A stretch of DNA of 64,000 nucleotides, taken from positions 6,496,001-6,560,000 of the forward strand of contig CBDCXR010000004.1 in assembly GCA_965223845.1 (NCBI GenBank), written 5' to 3'. A program made the position numbers and the translations under genes. Source of the stretch: Planctomycetota bacterium (GTDB lineage Bacteria; Planctomycetota; UBA8108; SXIK01). A model generated the notes under the pieces. The model saw only the letters and a list, made by a program, of their open reading frames with translations. It did no database searches and was not told where the DNA came from. Positions 30,401 through 38,097 of this stretch are shown piece after piece. Positions within the stretch are counted from its first letter, which is position 1, and each line of letters starts with the position of its first letter.

Positions 30401-31559
30401 GCCCGCTCCGCTCGCGGTGAACGGACGCCTCTTCGTGCAGGGGCTGCGCCGCCTGGTCGCGCTCGACGCGTACAACGGCTCCGTTCTGTGGGCGCTCGAG
30501 ATTCCGGAGATCGAACGGTTCAATCTCCCGCGCGACTGCAGTAACTGGTGCGCCGACGACCGCTCGGTCTACGCGGCGATCCGCGGCCGATGCTGGAAGA
30601 TCGCCGCCGCCACCGGGTCGATCGATGCGACGTTCGCACCGGTTGTCGAACGTGAAACGAACGAGATGTACGACTGGGGATACGTCGCGCGCGTCGGGGA
30701 TCGCCTCCTCGGGAGCGCGGTTCGGCGCGGGTCGGCGTACACCAATTTCTGGGGCAACGCGAACGCGGGTTGGTACGACGCGACGCACGGTCCGGCGACG
30801 TACAAGGTTTGCAGCGAGAGCCTGTTCGCGCTCTCCGCGGCGGACGGAAGCGAGCGCTGGACGTACGCCGGTGGACTCGTGATCAACTCGACGATCACGG
30901 CGACGGACGATCGCGTGTTTTTCATCGAGTCCCGAAACGACGAGGTGCGGCGGAGCGAGGCGCGACGCGTGGGATCGTCCGCGCTTTGGAAGGACCAGTT
31001 TCTCGTCGCACTCGACGGCGGAAGCGGCGAGCGAATCTGGTCTAGACCGATCGATACCGCCGACGGTATCGTTGTCTTCTACTTGGCCGCGAGCGAGGAA
31101 CAGCTCGTACTCGTCTCGTCCGGCGCGAAGACGTACCACGTCTACGCGTTCGCGCAATCGGACGGTGAGCCGCTCTGGGAGGTCAGCTATCCGTGGGAGA
31201 AGGGGGATCACGGCGCGCACATGTCGCGCCCGGCGATCGTCGGCGGATCGGTGTACGTGCGCCCGCGCGCGTACGATCTCGCGACCGGGCGGCGACTCGA
31301 GCACGACGTCCCCGGCGGCGGCTGCGGCACGTACGCCGCGACGGATGGAGCGCTGATCTTTCGCGCGGGAAACGTCACGCTGTGGAGCCGCGAGGACGGC
31401 GAGACGACGAGCTGGACGCGGCTGCGGCCGGATTGCTGGCTGAGCACGATTCCGTCCGGCGGCATGCTGCTCTCGCCCGAAGGCGGCGGTGGTTGCAGTT
31501 GCGGTTCATGGCTCGAGACCTCGGTCGGCTTCCTTCCCCGTGCCGTCGCCTCCCGCTGA
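27423..31559 (+). CDS. Secreted multidomain protein: PQQ-like propeller, LamG, FN3-like, methyltransferase-like, PQQ-like propeller
   Basis: ADWPTYRHD..RSG; repeated ALDA..G..W; LamG motif WYHVAGVYDG..MRLYVDG; VLGVDGGRLA; GAGEWSHQYG; C-terminal GCG/RPDCW/GCSC. Confidence 0.88.
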   Translation: MSTRLSILAAAITVGMSSLGAADWPTYRHDNQRSGTTTEELDLSRLALAWTHRSAQPPQPAWAGPAKWDAYAGIRGLRSMRNYDPVFHVTAAAGLVFFGSSADDSVYALDAASGEVRWTVTTDGPVRIAPTYSRGHLYFGSDDGRAYCVRASDGTQRWVHSPETATAPLILHNGRMISRAPCRTGVLVRDGIAYFAGSLLPWEPSYLAAVDAETGVATGEGRYIAPQAGLTLEGALLASSTLLVAPQGRIEPLLMRRSDGARLGGLKGGGGCFVLLTSDSHILYGPGNKTGWITDSSTETREKIASYSGGNSVVVAGDIAYLLTDDAISALDRSTRKPIWTTPTRHPYDLIFAGGTLFAGGQDSVVAIDALTGEIHWRAAVPGRAYGLAVADGRLFVSTDSGAICCFEASANPDAASPQAVAARADGESPRSEARIAPIAAAGLLGRWVFSSAGVRGRVVTDQAGSSNATISASPRLGVANGIEALLLDGSTSIVVRTSFRDAAQPVRAMTASAWVRIDQPLSWGGILGAVQDNGEEEQGWILGYVESRFSFALRGKGGTGRLTYLTDTRDFVPGRWYHVAGVYDGREMRLYVDGQHRAASTEQSGEIVYPPSAPYEIAAYHDDDENFRATGAIAEARLYRRALSLDEIAGAARDREPVYEEIVTLARGPALEFTARGTARVTWESAAATPSVVEVASDDGSVRRFEDRVEKTRHTLTIDGLEHRRVYECRIKILDEGVERSTAPFECDTFFDFSVPPVRLASHQAEAKDEAVDWDELAKQFLDRSGVDRGVALVLGVDGGRLAHALARRSRLRVIGVDTDRAEIASARAWLRSEGAYGARVTLLRVESLEELPFAGQFANLVVMADLFADGRPAGRAAELYRQLRPAGGTAILAVRANGDAIESRRASLELARWLDRDEIGHHLRVDSTGAWVSIVRGEIPGAGEWSHQYGRADNSAYGGEALGGAKSSGELLAQWIGRPGPRAQPDRNGRKPAPLAVNGRLFVQGLRRLVALDAYNGSVLWALEIPEIERFNLPRDCSNWCADDRSVYAAIRGRCWKIAAATGSIDATFAPVVERETNEMYDWGYVARVGDRLLGSAVRRGSAYTNFWGNANAGWYDATHGPATYKVCSESLFALSAADGSERWTYAGGLVINSTITATDDRVFFIESRNDEVRRSEARRVGSSALWKDQFLVALDGGSGERIWSRPIDTADGIVVFYLAASEEQLVLVSSGAKTYHVYAFAQSDGEPLWEVSYPWEKGDHGAHMSRPAIVGGSVYVRPRAYDLATGRRLEHDVPGGGCGTYAATDGALIFRAGNVTLWSREDGETTSWTRLRPDCWLSTIPSGGMLLSPEGGGGCSCGSWLETSVGFLPRAVASR

Positions 31560-31845
31560 GGGCGATCGTGGCCGCTGAGACAGCAGAACGCCGAGAGCGA
31601 TTCTGCTAGGGGAATATTGGGGGTCCGTTCAGCGGAGCCGAGCGCCGGGATCGCGGTCTCGCCTCCCACCGCGTGAGACTTCGCTCTCGTCGTCCGCGTC
31701 GGCCTTCGTTGTGGTGGTTTCGCAGCACCGATAGGATGTCGCCGGCTCGAATCGTCTGGGTCCGATTCGAAGGTTCGCCGAGGGTGGCGGCGCGCGGCCA
31801 AATCGAGTGCATCCCGAGCGTGTGAGAACCAGGGAGGGTTGGGTG

Positions 31846-33135
31846 ATGAAGAGTCGGCTGAGATGTTTGTTGTGGGCGGGAGTCGCATTCGCTGCGATCT
31901 CGCATCGATCGACCGACTTCACGTTCGCGCAGGAATCGGCGGAGGAAACTTCCGCCGAAGCCGAGGAAGCGAAGAAGGAGGCCGAGCTCGAACGCGTGCG
32001 CTCGCAGCAAGAGGACGCCGCCGCGGAAGCGGCCGAGCCGGGAGGGACGATCGAAAACGACTCGATCGCTGCGGAGGCCGAAAGTGGCGGCGACGAGCGG
32101 CGCGAGTACTGGCCGCTCGAAGCGATCGACGAGTCGCCGAGTGACGGGGAGCGAGATTCGCTGTCCGTCGAGAATCTCTTCGCCGATCTCACGGTCGGCG
32201 TTCTCAACGATCCGGGCGATTCAGCGACGGCGTTCGGTTCCCTCGGGCTCAACTACGGTTTCCCGCTTGTCCGCGCGTGGCGACTCGGCGGCCAATTTGG
32301 GGGCGATATCGCGATCCACGAGGAGGGGGACTTCGAAGTCGATGCGACGGGCGGGTTCTTCGTCCGCGACATCGAGCTCGGTCGCGATTCACGTGCCGGC
32401 TTCGCGCTCCTTGGAGACTACCGCCACACGGCGAACCACGGAGATCTCTTCGGCCTCCGCGGCATCGCGGGAATCTCCTTGAGGAGCGGTCACCACTTCG
32501 GAATCCGCGGGACCTATCCGCTGAACGACGAAACCGTCGACCGCGGTCTCACGACGATCGAAGTCGAAGAGATCCTCACGCGGCACGACGTCTTCTGGGG
32601 ACGAGATTGGGACGAACGTCTGGGTACGGAGTTTTGGCTCGGCTACCAATCCGACCGTGTGGACGAGCTCGTCTTCGGCGTCTCGGCCTCCTACTCCGTG
32701 ACCTCGCTCATCGCTCTCGCTCCTATGTTCGAGATCAACACCGCCGGGGACTACGCGATCGGTGCGAGCGTCGTCTTCGATCTCGGTCGTTCCGGTCGAC
32801 GTTCGACCCTCACTCGGTTCGTCAGTCGCTCGGAGAGCGACTTCACGCCGATGCGGAAGCGAAGTTTCCCGCTGATGCTCGTCCAGTCGAGTCGACGGGG
32901 GAGCGGTCCGTCGATGGCGCTTCCGGGAATGGACGGCGGTGACGACGGAGATGGTGATGGGAATGGGAATGGGAATGGAAACGGGAACGGGAATGGGAAT
33001 GGAAACGGGACCGGAGACGGGAACGGGAACGGGACCGGAGACGGGAACGGGAATGGGAATGGGAATGGGGACGGGACCGGAGACGGAGACGGAGACGGGG
33101 ACGGGGACGACGACAACCGCGATATCTGCGGATAG
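31846..33135 (+). CDS. Probable outer-membrane beta-barrel protein with a Gly-Asn/Gly-Asp repeat tail
   Basis: Signal peptide, acidic linker, amphipathic strands (SLGLNYGF, GFALLGDY, FGVSASY, ASVVFDL), then (G-N/D/T)n. Confidence 0.68.
   Translation: MKSRLRCLLWAGVAFAAISHRSTDFTFAQESAEETSAEAEEAKKEAELERVRSQQEDAAAEAAEPGGTIENDSIAAEAESGGDERREYWPLEAIDESPSDGERDSLSVENLFADLTVGVLNDPGDSATAFGSLGLNYGFPLVRAWRLGGQFGGDIAIHEEGDFEVDATGGFFVRDIELGRDSRAGFALLGDYRHTANHGDLFGLRGIAGISLRSGHHFGIRGTYPLNDETVDRGLTTIEVEEILTRHDVFWGRDWDERLGTEFWLGYQSDRVDELVFGVSASYSVTSLIALAPMFEINTAGDYAIGASVVFDLGRSGRRSTLTRFVSRSESDFTPMRKRSFPLMLVQSSRRGSGPSMALPGMDGGDDGDGDGNGNGNGNGNGNGNGNGTGDGNGNGTGDGNGNGNGNGDGTGDGDGDGDGDDDNRDICG
32935..33114 (+). 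repeat. Coding hexanucleotide tandem repeat encoding Gly-Asn/Asp/Thr
   Basis: Runs of gggaat/gggaac/ggagac; exact 24-bp duplication 33004-33027 = 33028-33051. Confidence 0.9.
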
Positions 33136-33179
33136 CCGTCGCCTCCGTCGTCACCACGCGCGCGACCGCGCGTGCGTGT

Positions 33180-34559
33180 TCAATCCGTCGTCCGCCGGAA
33201 GTGGATGCTCTTTCGCCGCGTGAGGTGGTAGTAACCGTAGCGAGAGAGCGTCGACCCTTTCCCGCTTTCGCGCACGCCCGTCCACGGCAGCGCGGGGTCG
33301 AGATAGTCGCAGCGGTTTTGGAAGACCGTTCCGACGTCGAGGCTCGCGGCGAGGCGCTCGGCGCGCTCGCCATCCTCCGTCCACACGCTCGCGGTTAGCC
33401 CGAAGCGAGTGTCGGTCATGCGAGCGAGTGCTTCTTCGTCGCTCATCACTTTCGCAACCGGGAGCAGCGGACCGAAACTCTCCTCCTGCATCGCGCTCGC
33501 GTCGTTTGGCACGCCGTCGAGCAAGGTCGGCCGGAAGAAATTCCCGCCCCCCGGCGACCACCCGCCGCCGAGAACCTCGCGCGCTCCTCGGCGGAGTGCG
33601 TCGTCCACTTGGTCCGTCAGGAACTGCGGCGCCGCATCGCTCGCGAGGGGGCCGAGCGTCGTTGTCTCATCGAGCGGATCACCGGTGCGGAGCGAGCTCA
33701 GGTGCGCGCTCGCGAGATCGAGAAATTCGTCGTAGACACTTTCGTGGATGTACGCGCGTTCGACCGCGCAGCACGACTGACCCGCGTTGTACGTAGCTCC
33801 TTCGACGACTCCAGCCGCCGCGAAGTCCAGATTCGCGTCTGCGGCGACGTAGGCCGGGTCTTTTCCGCCGAGCTCGAGCCCGACGTCGATCAAGCGTTCG
33901 CTGCCGATCGTGCGGTAGACCGAGCGTCCTCCGGGAACCGATCCCGTGAACGCCACGTAGCCGATGCGATCGTCGGCGACGAGTCGTGAGGTGTCGTCGT
34001 GCGTCGCGATCACGTTCTGGACGAGACCGTCGATGCCGAGATCCACAAACGCACGCTCGAACCGGTCTCCCACCATGGGTGTGCGCGCGCTGTGCTTGAG
34101 AAGCACCGAGTTTCCGGCCGCGAGGGCGGGAACAACGACGTTCACGGGGATGAGAAGAGGGTAGTTCCAAGCGGCGATGTTGAGCACCACGCCGAGTGGG
34201 ACGTGCTCGATGCGCCGGACGAAGCCCGGGCGGTCCGCGAAAACGTCGGGGCGAAGCGATTCTCTCGCGAGATCGAGCATCGTCTCGGCCCGGTCGAGCA
34301 TCGTCGCGAGCTCGCCTCGCGCTTCCGCGATCGGCTTCCCCATCTGCTGAGTCACTTCGCGCGCGATGTCCTCGCTCGCGTGGCGGAACGCGTCGAGCGC
34401 ACTGCGCACGCGAGTCACGCGTTCGTCGAGCTCCACATCACGCCACCGCTCGGCCGCCGCCGTCGCCGCGGCCAGCTTCCGTTCGAGCTCGCCCGGTGTG
34501 TCGTACGCGCTCTCCCAGACGAGACTCCGGTCGTACGGATTCAGCACTCGAAGATTCAC
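33180..34559 (-). CDS. Aldehyde dehydrogenase
   Basis: AWNYP, FTGS..GG, LELGGKDP, NAGQSCC, EESFGP, QNRCDYLDPALPWTG. Confidence 0.95.
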   Translation of the reverse strand: MNLRVLNPYDRSLVWESAYDTPGELERKLAAATAAAERWRDVELDERVTRVRSALDAFRHASEDIAREVTQQMGKPIAEARGELATMLDRAETMLDLARESLRPDVFADRPGFVRRIEHVPLGVVLNIAAWNYPLLIPVNVVVPALAAGNSVLLKHSARTPMVGDRFERAFVDLGIDGLVQNVIATHDDTSRLVADDRIGYVAFTGSVPGGRSVYRTIGSERLIDVGLELGGKDPAYVAADANLDFAAAGVVEGATYNAGQSCCAVERAYIHESVYDEFLDLASAHLSSLRTGDPLDETTTLGPLASDAAPQFLTDQVDDALRRGAREVLGGGWSPGGGNFFRPTLLDGVPNDASAMQEESFGPLLPVAKVMSDEEALARMTDTRFGLTASVWTEDGERAERLAASLDVGTVFQNRCDYLDPALPWTGVRESGKGSTLSRYGYYHLTRRKSIHFRRTTD

Positions 34560-34731
34560 GGCGAGGTTCTCCTCTCCCGGTGACGCATCGATTCAGCTCG
34601 GTGTCCCTCGACCGCGCGCGGCGATCGTAGCGAAAGGTCGGGCGATTGGCCATACTGGTCGGCCGGCGCGGATCTCGAACGCGAGACGTGCGGAGCGGCG
34701 ACCGTACCGATCCCCGCGAGGAAACTAGACC

Positions 34732-35556
34732 GTGCGAAAGATCCTCGTCATCGGAGCTCACCCGGACGACTGCGAAGTGTGCGCGGGAGGGACGGCGTTC
34801 CTCTGGCGGCAGCGGGGTGACCGCGTTTCCTTCGTGTCGATGACGAACGGTGACGCCGGACACTTCAGCGAGGAACCCGAGTCGCTCGCGCGTCGGCGCC
34901 GAGAGGAGTCCGCTGCCGTCGCGCGGGCACTCGACATCGAGTACCTCATCCTCGATCACCACGACGGACGTCTCGAGCCGACGCTCGCCTGTCGCGAGGA
35001 GATCATCCGCCTGATTCGGCGCGAAGATCCGGATCTGATCCTCACGCACCGGCCGAACGACTATCACCCCGACCATCGCTACACGTCGGTCATCGTTCAG
35101 GACGCCGCCTACACCGTCACGGTCCCGCTCATTTGTTCCGATACGCCGCACCTCCGGAAGAATCCGGTGTTCGGGTATCTCTCCGATGCGTTTCAGAAGC
35201 CCGCTCCGTTTTCGCCGGACGTCGCGATCGACGTCGACGCGGTGATGCCCGAAAAGTGGAAGCTTCTGCATGCACACGAGTCGCAGTTCTACGAGTGGCT
35301 TCCCTACAACGACGGGACCGCGGACGAGGTGCCGCCGCCCGATCGACCCGAAGATCGCCTCGCGTGGCTCGAGCGCCGCTGGTCGCCGGAATTCTCCGCA
35401 TTGGCGGATCGCTCTCGCGCGAGCCTCGCGGAGTCCTACGGAGCGGAGAGCGCAGCGCGGGTTCGCTTCGCCGAGGCATTCGAGATCAGTGAGTACGGCT
35501 CGCAACCGTCCACTTCCGACCTACGCGCCCTCTTTCCGCTCGCGGAACGGATCTGA
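34732..35556 (+). CDS. PIG-L/LmbE family deacetylase
   Basis: GAHPDDCE, TNGDAG, DYHPDH, HESQ, AEAFE. Confidence 0.93.
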   Translation: MRKILVIGAHPDDCEVCAGGTAFLWRQRGDRVSFVSMTNGDAGHFSEEPESLARRRREESAAVARALDIEYLILDHHDGRLEPTLACREEIIRLIRREDPDLILTHRPNDYHPDHRYTSVIVQDAAYTVTVPLICSDTPHLRKNPVFGYLSDAFQKPAPFSPDVAIDVDAVMPEKWKLLHAHESQFYEWLPYNDGTADEVPPPDRPEDRLAWLERRWSPEFSALADRSRASLAESYGAESAARVRFAEAFEISEYGSQPSTSDLRALFPLAERI

Positions 35557-35736
35557 CGTCGCACGGTCCGATATCACCGCGGGATCCGGGTCATGTTCTC
35601 GGCCCCGGTTCAAGCGGGCTTTCGGTGGATTCCGATGATCCGGATGCCCCCCGCGCCCTCGACGCGCACAGGGGCAGAGCGGCCGGAGCCTCCAGATCGG
35701 CCGCGGCGTTCCGTCCCTTCGAGGAGACGACTCACG

Positions 35737-36711
35737 ATGCCCGACACCGACAAGCTCTCCGCGCCGACGACCTCGACCGCGACTCCGGGCGGAGTCGCAG
35801 TCTCCGAGAGTCCGCGCACGCAGCATCAGGGCGACACGCGTCGAGAATCGTTTGATTCGCTTCCCGCGAGACTCCAACCCGGCGATCGACTCGAGAAGTG
35901 GTGGATCGGCCGGGAGATTTGCTCCGGGGCGACGGCATCGGTCTTCGAGGCGAATGGCGAAGGTCTTCGATTCCCGCTCGCGGTGAAGGTCCTCTCGTCG
36001 CATCTCACGCTCGTCGACCGCGCGGTGCGCCGCTTTCGCGTCGAAGCCGATCTCCTCTCGCGCCTTCGCCACCCCTACATCGTCGAGTTCGTCGGGTCCG
36101 GCGAGGACCGTGGCTATCACTATTACGTGATGCGCCGCGAGACTAGCCTCACCGCGCGCGATCTTCGCCACACCGAAGGCCTGTCGTCGACCGCGGCGTT
36201 CCTTCGTCGGGTGGTGACGATGTTTCGGGGCCTGGCCGAGGCTCTCGCGGCCGCGCACGAGCTGGGCATCGTGCATCGCGACGTCAAGCCGGAGAATCTG
36301 CTTCTTTCTCCCGAGGGCGAGTTGATCCTGAGCGACTTCGGCTCGGCGCTCGATTCGCGCACTCGCGACCCCGAGCTCGAGAGTTGCCTCTGGGGCACTC
36401 TCCGTTACATGAGCCCCGATCAGTTCCTCAGCGACGCCGATCCGTACGATCCCCGCATCGACGTCTACGGTCTCGGTCTCTCGCTCTACGAGGTCGTGAC
36501 CGGTCAGTGCCCCGTCCCACGCGGCGACGAAGACGAGATCGCCGAGTGGAAGCTGAGCCAGAAGCTGCCGGACGCGCGACGGGTTCAGCCCGAAGTTTCG
36601 CTCGGCCTCGAGCGCGTCCTCCGACGGGCGACGGCTCGTCGACCGGGCGATCGCTATCAGAATCCGGGCGAGTTCGCGCGGGCGCTGCGCCGCCTCCAGC
36701 CGAAAGACTAG
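35737..36711 (+). CDS. Stand-alone Hanks-type Ser/Thr protein kinase
   Basis: GAGGAG RBS; LAVKVL, RF..EA, HPYIV, IVHRDVKPEN, SDFG, GTLRYMSPDQ, DVYGLG. Confidence 0.9.
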   Translation: MPDTDKLSAPTTSTATPGGVAVSESPRTQHQGDTRRESFDSLPARLQPGDRLEKWWIGREICSGATASVFEANGEGLRFPLAVKVLSSHLTLVDRAVRRFRVEADLLSRLRHPYIVEFVGSGEDRGYHYYVMRRETSLTARDLRHTEGLSSTAAFLRRVVTMFRGLAEALAAAHELGIVHRDVKPENLLLSPEGELILSDFGSALDSRTRDPELESCLWGTLRYMSPDQFLSDADPYDPRIDVYGLGLSLYEVVTGQCPVPRGDEDEIAEWKLSQKLPDARRVQPEVSLGLERVLRRATARRPGDRYQNPGEFARALRRLQPKD

Positions 36712-36738
36712 CCTCGCGTACTGCGAGCTCGAGTGCCC

Positions 36739-37848
36739 TCAGCCCGGAAGCGCTCGTCCCCGATTCGTCGACTCACCGAGCGGGCGGTGGATCGTGATCT
36801 GCTGGCCGTCCGACACGCCGTCGAAGTAGCTTCGGTCGCGCGTCACGCCGGAACCGCTCGACTTTGCGACGCGGGGATTCCGGTAGCGATAGTAGGCGTC
36901 GAGGTCGCGGTCGCCCGTCCAGACGAGGCCCTGCTCTTCCTTGAGCTGCTTTCGTTCGTTCTCGAGCTTCTGGTAGAGGCCGCGGAACACCCCGGCGAGG
37001 TACTGTCGCTTGGTTCCGCGTTCGGCGGCGGAAAGACGTCGCCGCGACAGCCACAGCGAATCGGCGAGACGGGTGAGATACGTGTGAACGTACACCGCGA
37101 CGTCGAGATTGGATTTCGTGCCGCTCAGTTCGAGCACGCGACCCTGACGGTTCGATCGCGCGTCGTAGGAGAAGCTCCAGAGCGTGCAGACGAAGAAGTG
37201 GTTCTGAAGGATGTGACCGAGAGTGTACTCGTACTCCTGGATTCGCTGCGCGATCCTCCCGACGATTCGCGTCTCGTACTCCTGCGTGCGGCCTTCGATG
37301 TCGGCGAGGCTGAGGTTGTACTTCAGAAGGAATCGCTGCGCCATTCGCATCGCACTCGCCGCCTCGTGCTCGTTCGGGCTGCCGGCGAGCGCGAGGAGCT
37401 CGCGCACGCGCCCGAGGAGGCGGTCCCGTTCTTCGCGCGACTGCCCGAGCGCCTCGAGGTCTTCGGGCGAAGCGGCGGCACGCGCTTCGGCGCGCAGGAT
37501 CTTGCACGCCTCGGCGAAGTCCGAGCCGTGGGGAGCAGCGTTCGAAACCCGGAGCACTTCGTCGACGTACTGGTGCGCCATCTCGTGACGCAGCGTCTCG
37601 AGCACTTCGGTCCAGCTATGCGCGAGAACGTGCCGAGCGCTGATCGTGATCGTGCGCGTCGTCGGGTTCCACTCGCCGTACGTCGTCTCGGACGCCGAAA
37701 GCTCGATGAGAGGCGGCTGAAGAGCGTCTCTCGCGTACTCGTAGTTGAAGAGATCGTAGTACCAGCGGAGGTGAACGATCCACGCGGTTTGAAGGGACGG
37801 AGGGATCTCGTGAGGATCGACCTGGAAGCGATCGGATCGGGCGTCCAT
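36739..37848 (-). CDS. SprT-like metalloprotease domain fused to DUF2786-like domain
   Basis: TLRHEMAHQY...HG..F (SprT); RVRELLALA.SPNEHEA.SAM..AQ..L.KYNL (DUF2786-like). Confidence 0.85.
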   Translation of the reverse strand: MDARSDRFQVDPHEIPPSLQTAWIVHLRWYYDLFNYEYARDALQPPLIELSASETTYGEWNPTTRTITISARHVLAHSWTEVLETLRHEMAHQYVDEVLRVSNAAPHGSDFAEACKILRAEARAAASPEDLEALGQSREERDRLLGRVRELLALAGSPNEHEAASAMRMAQRFLLKYNLSLADIEGRTQEYETRIVGRIAQRIQEYEYTLGHILQNHFFVCTLWSFSYDARSNRQGRVLELSGTKSNLDVAVYVHTYLTRLADSLWLSRRRLSAAERGTKRQYLAGVFRGLYQKLENERKQLKEEQGLVWTGDRDLDAYYRYRNPRVAKSSGSGVTRDRSYFDGVSDGQQITIHRPLGESTNRGRALPG

Positions 37849-38097
37849 GAGTCCTTCGGGTCCGGCGGCTGCGTGCGGACGGAAACCGCACGAATCGCTC
37901 CGGCAGCGAGTTTCCGGCTTTTTGTTCGAGGTATCTTCGGTCAGCGCGGGTGAGTATATCCCGGCGGCGAGTTTTCGCTATGGGCTCGCTCGCCACCCGT
38001 GCGGGTGAGCGGCGCCCCGGTTTCCGGTGAATGTCCGGCGGATCTCACCGTCTACCGCGTACGAGAATGGACCGGGACCGACGGGAGCCGACCAGTC

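Noticed and set aside
32935-33114. CRISPR array or DGR-type repeat
   Set aside because: It is an in-frame hexamer coding repeat with no spacers, and no cas or reverse transcriptase gene is present.
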